A DNA stretch of 64,000 nt from Campylobacterales bacterium (GTDB lineage Bacteria > Campylobacterota > Campylobacteria > Campylobacterales > UBA6016), in contig JBFWKW010000006.1 of the NCBI GenBank assembly GCA_050252455.1, forward strand, positions 926 to 64,925. The letters are read 5' to 3'. This document shows, piece after piece, positions 37,750 to 47,301 of this stretch. The position numbers were made by a program, and so were the translations under genes. A model generated the notes under the pieces. That model was not told the DNA's origin. It did not search any database and worked only from the letters and a program-made list of their open reading frames with translations. Numbering within the stretch: position 1 is the first letter of the stretch; each line of letters begins with the position of its first letter.

Positions 37750-38319
37750 CTAGATTAGCGTCACCTTGCCGTCTGCTAGTCTATACCTACTACCGTCAGA
37801 CTCATCCGTCGCTATGCCGTCACCGTCAAACTCCAGTTTGTATCCCGCTTTTGAATACCACCCTTTTATCCTTGCTGGATTGCCGTACACTAGCGCAAAT
37901 GCCGGAACATCTTTGGTGACGGTACTGCCTGCGCCGACAAAGGCGTATTCGCCGATAGTCGTACCGCATACGATAGTGCAATTCGCCCCGAGGCTTGCGC
38001 CTTTTTTTACGACGGTTTTTTTATACTCTTCTTTGCGGACTATGAAGCTTCTAGGGTTTGTGACATTGGTAAACACGACCGACGGCCCGACAAAAGCGTC
38101 ATCTTCGATAACCACGCCGTCATACAAGCTGATATTGTTTTGCACTTTTACGCCGTTGCCGATGATAGCATTTGGACCTATGACGCAGTTTTGCCCGAAT
38201 GAGCAGTTTTTGCCTATTTTTGTACCGCTAATTACATGGGAGAAATGCCATATCTTTGTCCCCTCGCCTATCTCTACATTGTCGTCCACATACGATGATT
38301 CGTGAACAAAAAAGCTCAT
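37750..38319 (-). CDS. wbpD: UDP-2-acetamido-3-amino-2,3-dideoxy-glucuronate N-acetyltransferase-like (left-handed beta-helix)
   Basis: From the ATG at 38319 ('MSFFVHESSYVDD'), which abuts the upstream stop. Near-collinear similarity to my recollection of P. aeruginosa WbpD: 'IWHF.H', 'VFTNV.NPRS', 'KKGA.LGANCTIVCG.TIGEYAF.GAG'. Confidence 0.85.
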   Translation of the reverse strand: MSFFVHESSYVDDNVEIGEGTKIWHFSHVISGTKIGKNCSFGQNCVIGPNAIIGNGVKVQNNISLYDGVVIEDDAFVGPSVVFTNVTNPRSFIVRKEEYKKTVVKKGASLGANCTIVCGTTIGEYAFVGAGSTVTKDVPAFALVYGNPARIKGWYSKAGYKLEFDGDGIATDESDGSRYRLADGKVTLI

Positions 38320-39401
38320 TTTGTAGCCCCAAAAAATTGTTTTATTGTGTTGCATACCTGCATAGCGTCATCCTCGCTTAGATGCTCGCCTATCGGCAAA
38401 GACAAAAGCTCTTTGTCGGTGCGGCAAGCAAAAAATTCGCTCGTATCTTGCGTGTTATACGAGTATGCCGCAAGCTTCGGCAACGCTATCGGATAGTGTA
38501 TGCCGCTCTCCACTCCATGTGATGCCAAAAACTCTTTTAGCTCATCTCTTCTATCCGTGCGAACTACAAAAAGATGCCACACATGGCGCCTATCACCGTA
38601 AACCGTCGGCAATATAAGCGGCGTGTCGGCAAGCTCACGCAAATATATGCTAGCGATAGCGTTTCGTCTCTCTAGCCAGCTCTCTAGATGCGGAAGTTTG
38701 ACGCTAAGCACGGCGGCTTGAAGTCCGTCAAGTCTTGAGTTTCTACCTTCAAACTCATGGTCGTATTTGCCTGTTCTGCCGTGGTTTGCGGTCATTCTCA
38801 TTTTTTTTGCCAAGGCATCGTCGTTTGTCGTTATCGCCCCGCCGTCACCGTAAGCACCTAGATTTTTGCCCGGGTAAAAGCTAAACGATGCCGCATTCCC
38901 GAATGTGCCGACTTTGCGACCTTTGAACTGCGCCCCATGTGCTTGTGCACAGTCTTCGATGAGGGCTAGCGAATGCTCGGCACAAAACGCCGTTATCTCG
39001 TCCATGTCGCAAGGAAAGCCGTATAGATGTACGCAAATCACGGCCTTTAACCCCTCGCTCATCTCTAGCTTTATCGTGTAGTCATCTTTGGCATCTGCAA
39101 AAACCACCTCAAACCCTGCATTTGTAACCGCTTCGCTCGTAGCTATGAAGCTGTTTGCCGGGACTAAGACTTTGGAGCCATGCGGCAAACCGAGCGATTT
39201 CAGGGCTATCTCTATCGCATCCGTGCCATTGCCGACCCCGATGCAATGCTTTGCGCCGATATATGCGGCAAAATCCGCTTCAAACTTTTTGATCCTCTCG
39301 CCGCCTATGTATGCCGACTCGGCTATTACACCCGCTATTGCGGCGTCCATCTGGGGTTTTATACCGAGGTATTGTGCGTGAAGGTCCAAAAACTTAATCA
39401 A
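38316..39401 (-). CDS. DegT/DnrJ/EryC1/StrS-family sugar aminotransferase (set 1)
   Basis: 361 aa. 'GNGTDAIEIAL', PLP-lysine block 'SFYPGKNLGAYGDGGA', 'GRNSRLDGLQAAVL'. Confidence 0.85.
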   Translation of the reverse strand: MIKFLDLHAQYLGIKPQMDAAIAGVIAESAYIGGERIKKFEADFAAYIGAKHCIGVGNGTDAIEIALKSLGLPHGSKVLVPANSFIATSEAVTNAGFEVVFADAKDDYTIKLEMSEGLKAVICVHLYGFPCDMDEITAFCAEHSLALIEDCAQAHGAQFKGRKVGTFGNAASFSFYPGKNLGAYGDGGAITTNDDALAKKMRMTANHGRTGKYDHEFEGRNSRLDGLQAAVLSVKLPHLESWLERRNAIASIYLRELADTPLILPTVYGDRRHVWHLFVVRTDRRDELKEFLASHGVESGIHYPIALPKLAAYSYNTQDTSEFFACRTDKELLSLPIGEHLSEDDAMQVCNTIKQFFGATK

Positions 39402-40083
39402 TATGGCAAATCCCTATCTTTCCGAGATGTTCGCACTTGTCCGCACCAGCTTCGGCGGTTATCATCTCCCACGCCTCTTTCATCCCCTCAGACCAAGATA
39501 TATCGTCAAATGCCATCACCGAGCCTTTTGCCATAAAGGGAAGTATTTGTCGGTAGTATTTGACGGTTGCGTCTTTGTCGTGATGCCCGTCGATAAACGC
39601 AAAATCAATAGGCGCTATGTCGGCTAAGGTCTTATCAAGCACATCGGCAAACCGCCCGACTATCTGCGTGATATTCTCACATCCCGCTTTTTTGATGTTT
39701 TCGCCCGCAACTGCGGCTATCTCTTTGGCGCCCTCTATCGTATAGACTTTTGTGTCCGAGTTTGCCAAAGCCATAGTGATGGACGAAAACCCGCAACAAG
39801 TCCCAAGCTCCAAAACAACTTTCGGTTTTCGCTCCTTTATAAGCGTATAAATCCACTCGCTCCACTCGTTTTTGAGCCCTATGCCAGAGAGCTTGCCGAC
39901 GGTAGTCTGCGCCGTCTTACCCTTTGCCATCTCCTCTTCGGTGCGTTTGTCTTCAGGACTTCCTGCTCCAAAATCCAAAAATTCTATTACGCTATCGTCT
40001 TGCATTCCGCCGGCTCTCAGGCTCGCCACTAGGGCTAAGTTTTTTTTGTCATTTTCGTTTAGCATCAGTGTCCTAGCCTGCAT
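39394..40083 (-). CDS. class I SAM-dependent (O-)methyltransferase, CCoAOMT/family-3-like
   Basis: 229 aa. SAM motif I 'VLELGTCCGFS' and metal/acid motif 'FAFIDGHHD', 'MAFDDI'. Confidence 0.7.
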   Translation of the reverse strand: MQARTLMLNENDKKNLALVASLRAGGMQDDSVIEFLDFGAGSPEDKRTEEEMAKGKTAQTTVGKLSGIGLKNEWSEWIYTLIKERKPKVVLELGTCCGFSSITMALANSDTKVYTIEGAKEIAAVAGENIKKAGCENITQIVGRFADVLDKTLADIAPIDFAFIDGHHDKDATVKYYRQILPFMAKGSVMAFDDISWSEGMKEAWEMITAEAGADKCEHLGKIGICHID

Positions 40084-41123
40084 TTTTTTGGGGTAAAGTG
40101 CAAAAACACCTCTTCGCCCGTCTCAATAGACTCATAAATCGCCATGATTAGCTCCAAACTTTTCCTACCGACAAGCCCGTCTACAAGAGCTTTGCCACCG
40201 TTTTCTATACAGTCCACAACATGCTCATAGTATGCTTTGTGCCCAAAGCCGTACACATCGGGAGGGTTTGTCGAAAAGTCTCTTTTGATTATTTCATCTT
40301 CTTCGGTAGCATCCTTGAACTGCCAGTGCCTTATCTCATTGACGGCGAAACCGCCTATCTCCACGCTGCCCTTTTCACCCATGATGGAGATGGAGCCTTC
40401 AAGGTCTTTTGGCCTCGTGGCGGTGGTAGCTTCTATGATGCCAAGTGCGCCGTTTTTGAATTTGAGCACCGCAACACCCGTATCCTCAACCTCTATATTT
40501 ACGAGTTGCGTCGCACTTTTAGCAAATACGCTCTCCACATCGCCCATCAACCACTCTAGTAGGTCTATGTGATGGCTTGCCTGATTGGTGAACACTCCGC
40601 CATCCATCGCCCATGTACCTCGCCACTCGTCTTGGTCATAGTATTTTTGGTCTCTGCACCACCTAACACGCACAGTTCCCATCGTCAGTTTGCCAAAGCG
40701 TCCCGCTTGCATCGCCTCTCTTAGCTTCACCACCGGGAGGTTGTAGCGGTTTTGCTTGATTACAAAGAGTCTTACGCCGTTTTCGTCGCACGCCCTTATC
40801 ATCTTGTCGGCATCTTCTAGTGTAAGTGCCATAGGCTTTTCTACTATGATATGCTTTTTGTAAGGGGCGATTGCTAGCGTATGCGATGCGTGTACGCCGC
40901 TAGGGGTCAATATACTTACCGCATCTATATCTTTTTCGATGGCGAGCATCTCATATAGATTTGTGTAGTAGTTTACGCCATATTTTTCACCAAAACTCTT
41001 GGCTTTTGCCTCGTCGCTATCGCATACACAGGCCAGTTTTGCTCCATTGATATGCCCGCCGCCGAGGAGCTCGGCATGTCTGACCGCTATTCTCCCGCAA
41101 CCGAGTAATGCAATTTTTAACAT
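40065..41123 (-). CDS. Gfo/Idh/MocA-family NAD-dependent sugar 3-dehydrogenase (long, WlbA-like type)
   Basis: 352 aa. Rossmann 'IALLGCGRIA' and 'EKPMALT' blocks. Lies in the same operon block as an aminotransferase and the WbpD-like acetyltransferase. Confidence 0.75.
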   Translation of the reverse strand: MLKIALLGCGRIAVRHAELLGGGHINGAKLACVCDSDEAKAKSFGEKYGVNYYTNLYEMLAIEKDIDAVSILTPSGVHASHTLAIAPYKKHIIVEKPMALTLEDADKMIRACDENGVRLFVIKQNRYNLPVVKLREAMQAGRFGKLTMGTVRVRWCRDQKYYDQDEWRGTWAMDGGVFTNQASHHIDLLEWLMGDVESVFAKSATQLVNIEVEDTGVAVLKFKNGALGIIEATTATRPKDLEGSISIMGEKGSVEIGGFAVNEIRHWQFKDATEEDEIIKRDFSTNPPDVYGFGHKAYYEHVVDCIENGGKALVDGLVGRKSLELIMAIYESIETGEEVFLHFTPKKCRLGH

Positions 41124-42197
41124 CTATAATATCTCTTCTATTTTGTCTATGATGGCCTTGAAGCCGCACTCGCCGCGACAAAAATACTTTCTATTGTCCA
41201 TTTTTTTGCCGATTAGTTTTTTGGATAGCTCTAGCGCCTCATCTTCGCTGTTCGTCCAGTGCATAATGCCGTTTTGGATGAGGTATTGGTCGTGATATAG
41301 CCAAATTGAGCGGGTAGAAATAGTCGGCACACCATAATACACCGACTCCAAATTCATAGTACCACCGCCGCCGATGAACAGGTCAATAAACGGATAAAAC
41401 TCTTCCGGCTTTAGCTTCTCTTTTAGCACCGTGGCAATGTCGCCAAAATCTCTCTCCAGATATTCACTCTCATATCTAGGCATTATCACGATATTCACAT
41501 CCATCTCGGCCTTGAGCCTCGGGATGATGGAGTAAAGAAGTGGCAACTTCTCGCTCACATAGTGCGCCTTGTACTCCTCTTCCCTTACCATCACGGTCAT
41601 CTTGCCGTTGTCTATGCCGTATCTTTTTCTAAAGTCGTTTTTCTCTTCGGATTTAACATCTTTCATCCACAGGCACACATCCACAAAGTCATACGGGATT
41701 ATCTGCTCGTCACTCAGCGCCAGATTGGCAAACATCGAGCGAGGCATGATGTATGGATAAAAAAACAGCTTGGAGTACGGCAGAGTGAGCCTTGTCACGG
41801 GTGTGATGTTTTTTGGACTCTCAAGGTCACCAGGATATGTCACGGCGGGAGTGTCGTAGATATTAACAACCGGGATACCGATACCGAAAGCCACGTGTAC
41901 GCTATCTACGACGGCACCGCAGATGAGCACCTTTGGCACCCCTATCTGACGGAAAATATCCAAAAACTCTTTTTGACGGAAAATTCTAGCCTGAAACTTA
42001 TCCAAAAGCGTGCTACCGCCGTATTCACCGAGTACGGTATGCTCTATGCCGTTAAGCTCCAAAATCTCTTTCGCTTCGGTGTAGTGCGGGGCGTATCTGG
42101 TGGTTACGAATACTTTTTGACCCCTAGCTTGTAGCTCCGGAATCATCTTGCTAAAAAACATCGCATATTTAGGCGTGCCGACATCAATCCAAATCAT
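41124..42197 (-). CDS. DUF354-family protein (GT-B / 2-epimerase-like fold)
   Basis: 357 aa. The N-terminus 'MIWIDVGTPKYAMFF' is typical of DUF354 (PF04007) as I recall it. No assigned function. Confidence 0.6.
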   Translation of the reverse strand: MIWIDVGTPKYAMFFSKMIPELQARGQKVFVTTRYAPHYTEAKEILELNGIEHTVLGEYGGSTLLDKFQARIFRQKEFLDIFRQIGVPKVLICGAVVDSVHVAFGIGIPVVNIYDTPAVTYPGDLESPKNITPVTRLTLPYSKLFFYPYIMPRSMFANLALSDEQIIPYDFVDVCLWMKDVKSEEKNDFRKRYGIDNGKMTVMVREEEYKAHYVSEKLPLLYSIIPRLKAEMDVNIVIMPRYESEYLERDFGDIATVLKEKLKPEEFYPFIDLFIGGGGTMNLESVYYGVPTISTRSIWLYHDQYLIQNGIMHWTNSEDEALELSKKLIGKKMDNRKYFCRGECGFKAIIDKIEEIL

Positions 42198-43894
42198 ATA
42201 AGTTTTTTAAGCCTCTCATAAAAAAATATCCTGACATCCACGGTATCCTCGGCATCTCGCCCAAGTTCTCTCATCCATGCGATATCCGGTGCCTCAAAGC
42301 CTTTTTTGTCTTTTCTAAAGGCGATATCGTCGCCGATGTATCTTGCGAGTATTTTACGCAATAAAAACTTGCTGTAGCCGTTATGGAATTTGTATCCATT
42401 TGGCAAACTATGAGCAAACTCCACGATACGGTAGTCGGTAAATGGTGTTCTATTTTCCACGCCAAAGCGCATTGCATTGCGGTCTTCAAAGCGAAGCAAC
42501 ATCGGTAAATTGAATTTTACGGTATCGAGATAAAGCGCTTTTTGCGGACTGGGGACAAACTTTTCGAGTAGCAAATCATAGTTTGGATCATAATGTGGGA
42601 AAAGCTCTCTTATTTTTGCCAACGATTTTTTGTTATCGTCAATTATGAGCGATTTTTTAGCCTCTTTTGCCAATGCACACTTCACCCCAAGCGCATATTC
42701 GCCCTCGGCCGCATCGCCGTAGAGCGATACTCTATCTCTCAAATTTTGCTTATTTCGTGTCAAAAATCTAGCCGCATGATGGTAATAACCGCCGAAAAGC
42801 TCATCGGCCCCCTGCCCCGTGACCGCTACTTTGGAGTATTTGGATAACTCTTTAAAAACGGCATACTGCACAAAAGTGGAAAAACTCCTCGTCATGTCGG
42901 ATTGAGTCAATAGAAAATCATCCATTAGCTCTTTTAGCTCGTCTATGTGCGGCGATAGCTTGACTAGATTTAACCCAAACAGCTTTGCCACGATGTCCAT
43001 ATACTTGCTCTCATCGTTTGACGGATAAGATGGAAACACGGCGCCAAAATAACGCATATTTTTGTTGTTTTTTGCAAGAAGTGCGGCTAGTAGCGAGCTG
43101 TCTATACCCCCTGAAAGCAGTATCCCTACCTCAACATCGGAGCGAAGCCTAAGTAGTAGTGCGTCGTTTAGCAGCTCCTCAAATCCGTCGCACGCCCTCT
43201 CAAACTCTTTTTCGTCAAATTTTTTATTCGGCTCTTTACACCCATCAAGCTTCCAATATCGTTTGAGCGCTAGCTTGCCGCTTTTGGCGTCAAAGACGGC
43301 GTAATGCGCACTCGGCAGATGCTTTATACCCTTGTAAATAGTTGCTTCCGAGTAGTCATTGATATTAAAAAGTATAGAGTCACACAGTGTTTGCTCGTCA
43401 AACTCTAGCGAACAAATAGCCTTGAACGCTTTGATTTCAGAGGCAAAAAACAGCTTGCCGTCAGAGAGCTTGTAGTAAAACGGCTTGTTCCCCAGCCTGT
43501 CTCTTGCCATAAAAAGTTTTTTTGTCTTTTTGTCGTAAATACAAAACGCAAAATCACCGTTGAATTTGAGAAGAGCATCTGCGCCCCATTCTCTATAAGC
43601 CTTTAGCAGCACCTCGCTATCGCTTGAAGTGCGAAAAACTACGCCCCTACTTTGAAGCTCTCCCCTAATCTCTATGTAGTTGTATATCTCGCCGTTATAC
43701 ACGAGCACCAAATCCCCGTCAAACATCGGCTGTGACGCCTCATCGCTAAGGTCTATAATACTTAAACGATTGTGGGCTAACAACATATACTCGTCCGCAA
43801 AAATCCCGCTACCGTCGGGGCCTCTATGAGTCAGTGCATTTGAGGCTTTTTGGACAAGCTCTTTGCCGATATTTCCGCCGCAGATGGAGCACAT
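42194..43894 (-). CDS. asnB: asparagine synthase family amidotransferase, paralogue 2
   Basis: 566 aa. 'MCSICGG' Ntn Cys and PP-loop 'ILLSGGIDSS'. Confidence 0.85.
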   Translation of the reverse strand: MCSICGGNIGKELVQKASNALTHRGPDGSGIFADEYMLLAHNRLSIIDLSDEASQPMFDGDLVLVYNGEIYNYIEIRGELQSRGVVFRTSSDSEVLLKAYREWGADALLKFNGDFAFCIYDKKTKKLFMARDRLGNKPFYYKLSDGKLFFASEIKAFKAICSLEFDEQTLCDSILFNINDYSEATIYKGIKHLPSAHYAVFDAKSGKLALKRYWKLDGCKEPNKKFDEKEFERACDGFEELLNDALLLRLRSDVEVGILLSGGIDSSLLAALLAKNNKNMRYFGAVFPSYPSNDESKYMDIVAKLFGLNLVKLSPHIDELKELMDDFLLTQSDMTRSFSTFVQYAVFKELSKYSKVAVTGQGADELFGGYYHHAARFLTRNKQNLRDRVSLYGDAAEGEYALGVKCALAKEAKKSLIIDDNKKSLAKIRELFPHYDPNYDLLLEKFVPSPQKALYLDTVKFNLPMLLRFEDRNAMRFGVENRTPFTDYRIVEFAHSLPNGYKFHNGYSKFLLRKILARYIGDDIAFRKDKKGFEAPDIAWMRELGRDAEDTVDVRIFFYERLKKLI

Positions 43895-44998
43895 TTACAA
43901 TATATTCGCTATGTACTCAATCTCTGCGATGCCCAAAAACCCGTTCATCGGCAAACTGAGTATCCCTTTACTCACCATCTCGGCAATAGGAAAATCTCCA
44001 TTTTTATACCCAAGATAAGAAAAACACTCTTGTAGATGGAGGGGTAGGGGGTAGTGAATAGCCGTAGGAATTCCCGCATTCTTTAGCTTTTCTTGCAAAG
44101 AATCTCTGCTTGATGCTCTTATTGAATACTGTGCCCAGACGCTATCCCTATCCTGCTTTACAGACGGCAAGATAATATCTTTGCCAGATAAAGCCTCGTT
44201 GTATGAGTGTGCAACTTTTTGTCGCCTCTTTATCTCGGCTGTATAGTCTTTTAGTTTTACTCGCAAGACAGCGGCTTGAATAGTATCGAGCCTTCCACCG
44301 ATGCCTATGTATTTGTGATGGTATCTTTTTGTCTGCCCATGAACCCTAAGGCTTTTGATTTTGCTTGCCAGCTGATCATCGTTCGTAAATACGGCACCCC
44401 CATCACCAAAGCAACCAAGCGGCTTTGCAGGGAAAAAGCTAGTGCATCCTATATCAGATAGATTGCAACTTTTTTTGTCTTTGTAGTCGGCTCCAAAGCT
44501 TTGCGCACCATCCTCTATGACAACAAGCTTATATTTGCCAGCCAAAGCATTTATCTCATCCATATCTGCACATTGCCCGTAAAGACTTACAGGAATTATT
44601 GCTTTTGTTTTTGATGTTATCGCATTTTCTATCTTTGATACATCCATATTGTATGTATGCTCATCAATATCTACAAACACCGGTTTTGCGCCCAAATGGG
44701 CTATCATCTCTGCAGTTGCGATAAAAGTAAAAGGGGTCGTGATTACCTCATCGCCGGGCTTAATATCTATAGCCATTAACGCGAGCTGTAAAGCATCCGT
44801 GCCGCTAGAGCAAGCTATACAATATTTAGCTCCACAAAAATCAGCCAACTCACTCTCAAGTAAACCTACATCTTCGCCCATAACAAAAGAGGAGTTATTG
44901 ATAACATTTGCTATAGCATTATCAATCTCGTCCTTATAAAGCTGATATTGCTTGCCCAAATTAGCAAAATCTATGTTCACGATATCACTCTTTTGCAA
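43895..44998 (-). CDS. wbpE: UDP-2-acetamido-2-deoxy-3-oxo-D-glucuronate aminotransferase-like (DegT family, set 2)
   Basis: 367 aa. Long blocks match my recollection of P. aeruginosa WbpE: 'GAKYCI.C..GTDALQ', 'AIIPVSLYGQCADMD', 'CTSFFPAKPLGCFGDGGAVFTNDD', 'RYHH...G..GRLDTIQAAVL'. Confidence 0.88.
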   Translation of the reverse strand: MQKSDIVNIDFANLGKQYQLYKDEIDNAIANVINNSSFVMGEDVGLLESELADFCGAKYCIACSSGTDALQLALMAIDIKPGDEVITTPFTFIATAEMIAHLGAKPVFVDIDEHTYNMDVSKIENAITSKTKAIIPVSLYGQCADMDEINALAGKYKLVVIEDGAQSFGADYKDKKSCNLSDIGCTSFFPAKPLGCFGDGGAVFTNDDQLASKIKSLRVHGQTKRYHHKYIGIGGRLDTIQAAVLRVKLKDYTAEIKRRQKVAHSYNEALSGKDIILPSVKQDRDSVWAQYSIRASSRDSLQEKLKNAGIPTAIHYPLPLHLQECFSYLGYKNGDFPIAEMVSKGILSLPMNGFLGIAEIEYIANIL

Positions 44999-45936
44999 AA
45001 CTCATGCGATTCTACAGAAATACCAATAGGCACTGTCTTTCTGATATCAGAAACTATGGCTATCGAGCCTCTGGCATCCTCTAAGCCAAATCCGCCGCCG
45101 CCCAAAATATCCTCATAACTTCTGGTATGAAGGTCGGTAAAACCCTCCGAAAACTCAATCTCTTCGTTTGCCACTTTGATACTTCTAAAAGTCCTCTGCC
45201 CTTTTGCCTTTACTTCCTCCGGAATATAGTCATAATTTACGGACAAAAACCATTTTACGGTCGCATTTTTCAGCCTTAATATTCCCGCATTAGTATCTTT
45301 GGTTTTTATATGGACTATGTTTTCCAGCAAATCCCCAAATATCCAAGAGAGCATATCAAAAAAGTGTACACCGATATTTGAGGCTATGCCGCCGGACTTG
45401 CTTTCATCGCCTTTCCAGCTAACAAAATACCAATTGCCCCTTGATGTTAAATAGGTCAAATCTATGTCATATATCTTGCTTGGGTTTGCCGATAGCTCAG
45501 CGGCAACTTTCTCTTTTAGTGCTATTATTGCGGAATGTAGTCTTAACTGAAGTATCGTATATACTTTTTTATCGCTCTCTTTTTCTATGTCGGTGAGAGC
45601 GTCCAAATTCCAAGGATTGAGCACTAATGGTTTTTCACATATCGCATGAGCATTTGAACGCATGGCAAACCTAATATGTGCATCATGAAGATAGTTTGGC
45701 GAGCATATAGAAACATAGTCTATCTTTTGCCCGGCACGTCTTAATTTTTCTATATGCCTATCAAACCTCTCAAATTCAACAAAAAAATCCGCATTCGGGA
45801 AATAGCTATCTATAACCCCGACACTATCTTTTGGGTCAAATGCAGCAACAAGCGTATTACCCGTTTCTTTGATGGCTTTCATGTGACGAGGCGCTATGTA
45901 GCCTGCTGCACCTATGAGGGAAAATGACTTATGCAT
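44977..45936 (-). CDS. wbpB: UDP-N-acetyl-2-amino-2-deoxy-D-glucuronate 3-dehydrogenase-like (Gfo/Idh/MocA, short WbpB type)
   Basis: 319 aa. Matches recalled WbpB blocks: 'LIGAAGYIAPRHMKAIKETGN', 'DYVSICSPNYLH', 'ICEKPLV', 'LTYLTSRGNWY..SWKGD', 'IGVHFFDML', 'FSEGFTDLHT.SYE.IL'. Confidence 0.88.
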   Translation of the reverse strand: MHKSFSLIGAAGYIAPRHMKAIKETGNTLVAAFDPKDSVGVIDSYFPNADFFVEFERFDRHIEKLRRAGQKIDYVSICSPNYLHDAHIRFAMRSNAHAICEKPLVLNPWNLDALTDIEKESDKKVYTILQLRLHSAIIALKEKVAAELSANPSKIYDIDLTYLTSRGNWYFVSWKGDESKSGGIASNIGVHFFDMLSWIFGDLLENIVHIKTKDTNAGILRLKNATVKWFLSVNYDYIPEEVKAKGQRTFRSIKVANEEIEFSEGFTDLHTRSYEDILGGGGFGLEDARGSIAIVSDIRKTVPIGISVESHEFCKRVIS

Positions 45937-46690
45937 GCAAAACTCTCTCTAGTTCATTATATGTTGGGTATGTTATCAAAACAGCTCTATGCGGACCGTT
46001 AAACACAAAAAGGCTACCCGCACTTACGCCTCCAGCCCCTGCCTTAATAGCTTGGTCAAAATCACTTACCGCTCCAGCTCCGCCCAGCGCAACTACGGGT
46101 ATATCGACCGCTGCAGTCACGATATTTATAAGACGCAAATCATATCCGGACATTGTGCCGTCTTTGTCGACGGAATTTATAATAATCTCTCCAGCCCCAT
46201 ATGATTCCATTTCTTTTGCCAAACACACCGGATCAATGGAAGTTTTTTTTGTGCCACTGTGTGTGTAGCAAAAATATCCACCAAACAAACTTTTTTTTGC
46301 ATCTATTGAGCCAACTACGCTCTGGGAGCCATATACATCCGCTATCTCTCTAATAAGCGCACCATTGCCGACAGCATATGTATTAAGTATGATTTTTTCA
46401 AAGCCTATGGAGAAAAGCTTTTTGGCATCTTGTAGGCATGATATACCGCCTCCGTATGCAAGAGGCATAAAAGCCTCGGAAGCAATATCCCTAAGCAAAT
46501 CAAAATCCGGTGTTTTTCTATCATTTGTAGCCGATATATCCAGTATTATAAGTTCATCAACTTCTTTGTCATTAAATATCTTCACTGTATTTATAGGATC
46601 GCCAATGTATTGATGGTTTTTAAATTTTATCCCTTTATATAAGCCGCCTTTTTTTAAAAGAAGCGTTGGGATAACCCTGGTCTTTAGCAT
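45929..46690 (-). CDS. hisF: imidazole glycerol phosphate synthase cyclase-subunit homologue (WbuZ/HisF2 type, glycan amidino formation)
   Basis: 253 aa. 'RVIPTLLL', 'DELIILDI' and 'GAGEIIINSVDKDGT' blocks in glycan-locus context next to the wbpB-like gene. Confidence 0.85.
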   Translation of the reverse strand: MLKTRVIPTLLLKKGGLYKGIKFKNHQYIGDPINTVKIFNDKEVDELIILDISATNDRKTPDFDLLRDIASEAFMPLAYGGGISCLQDAKKLFSIGFEKIILNTYAVGNGALIREIADVYGSQSVVGSIDAKKSLFGGYFCYTHSGTKKTSIDPVCLAKEMESYGAGEIIINSVDKDGTMSGYDLRLINIVTAAVDIPVVALGGAGAVSDFDQAIKAGAGGVSAGSLFVFNGPHRAVLITYPTYNELERVLHA

Positions 46691-47301
46691 TCTAATTCCA
46701 TAAAATTTCTAAAAAGCTGCATACCAAACTTGTGGCTTTTTTCGGGATGGAATTGCATCCCGTATATATTTTTGCTGGATATTGCAGAGGCAAATTCATA
46801 GCCGTACATAGTAGCGCCGGCTACATTTTCATCCTTATCACATACATAGTGATAGGAATGGACGAAATAAAACCTCATTTCTTCCGGCATATCTGCAAAT
46901 AACGGTATATTTTTTTTAGGGTTTACTATATTCCATCCCATGTGCGGTATTTTTAGTTTGTTAGCATTATCTCCGAAATGAAACTTTTTTACATGCCCTT
47001 TTATGAGTCCAAGTCCTGGTAGACAGCCCTCCTCGCTAGAATCGGCAAGAAGTTGCATACCGAGACAAATCCCAAGTATTACCGCTCCGCTTTCGGCTTT
47101 TTGTTTAATAACACCTGTGAGACCTGAAGAATTTAGATTCGACATGCCGGTATCAAAAGCGCCGACTCCTGGAAGTATTATTTTGCTAGCGTCAAGTATT
47201 TCAGATGGATTTGATGATACCTTGGAATCGTATCCGACTTTTTTTATCATATTTTGGATTGAGCCTATATTGCCAAGACCATAGTCGACTATTATTGTCA
47301 C
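46684..47301 (-). CDS. hisH: glutamine amidotransferase subunit homologue (WbuY/HisH2 type)
   Basis: I prefer the GTG at 47301 ('(M)TIIVDYGLGNIGS'), which overlaps the upstream TGA, over the track ATG at 47331. Catalytic 'GICLGMQ' Cys and 'HSY'/'FHPEKS' His-Glu blocks. Confidence 0.85.
   Translation of the reverse strand: MTIIVDYGLGNIGSIQNMIKKVGYDSKVSSNPSEILDASKIILPGVGAFDTGMSNLNSSGLTGVIKQKAESGAVILGICLGMQLLADSSEEGCLPGLGLIKGHVKKFHFGDNANKLKIPHMGWNIVNPKKNIPLFADMPEEMRFYFVHSYHYVCDKDENVAGATMYGYEFASAISSKNIYGMQFHPEKSHKFGMQLFRNFMELEC

Noticed and set aside
37766-38305. 179-aa plus-strand ORF antisense to the WbpD-like acetyltransferase. Similar long antisense ORFs lie opposite asnB paralogue 1, nifV, lsrK and others.
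   Set aside because: Its Ser/Pro/Thr/Leu-rich, low-complexity translation has no recognisable motifs and overlaps a strongly recognisable gene completely. This is typical of shadow ORFs in GC-richer coding DNA.
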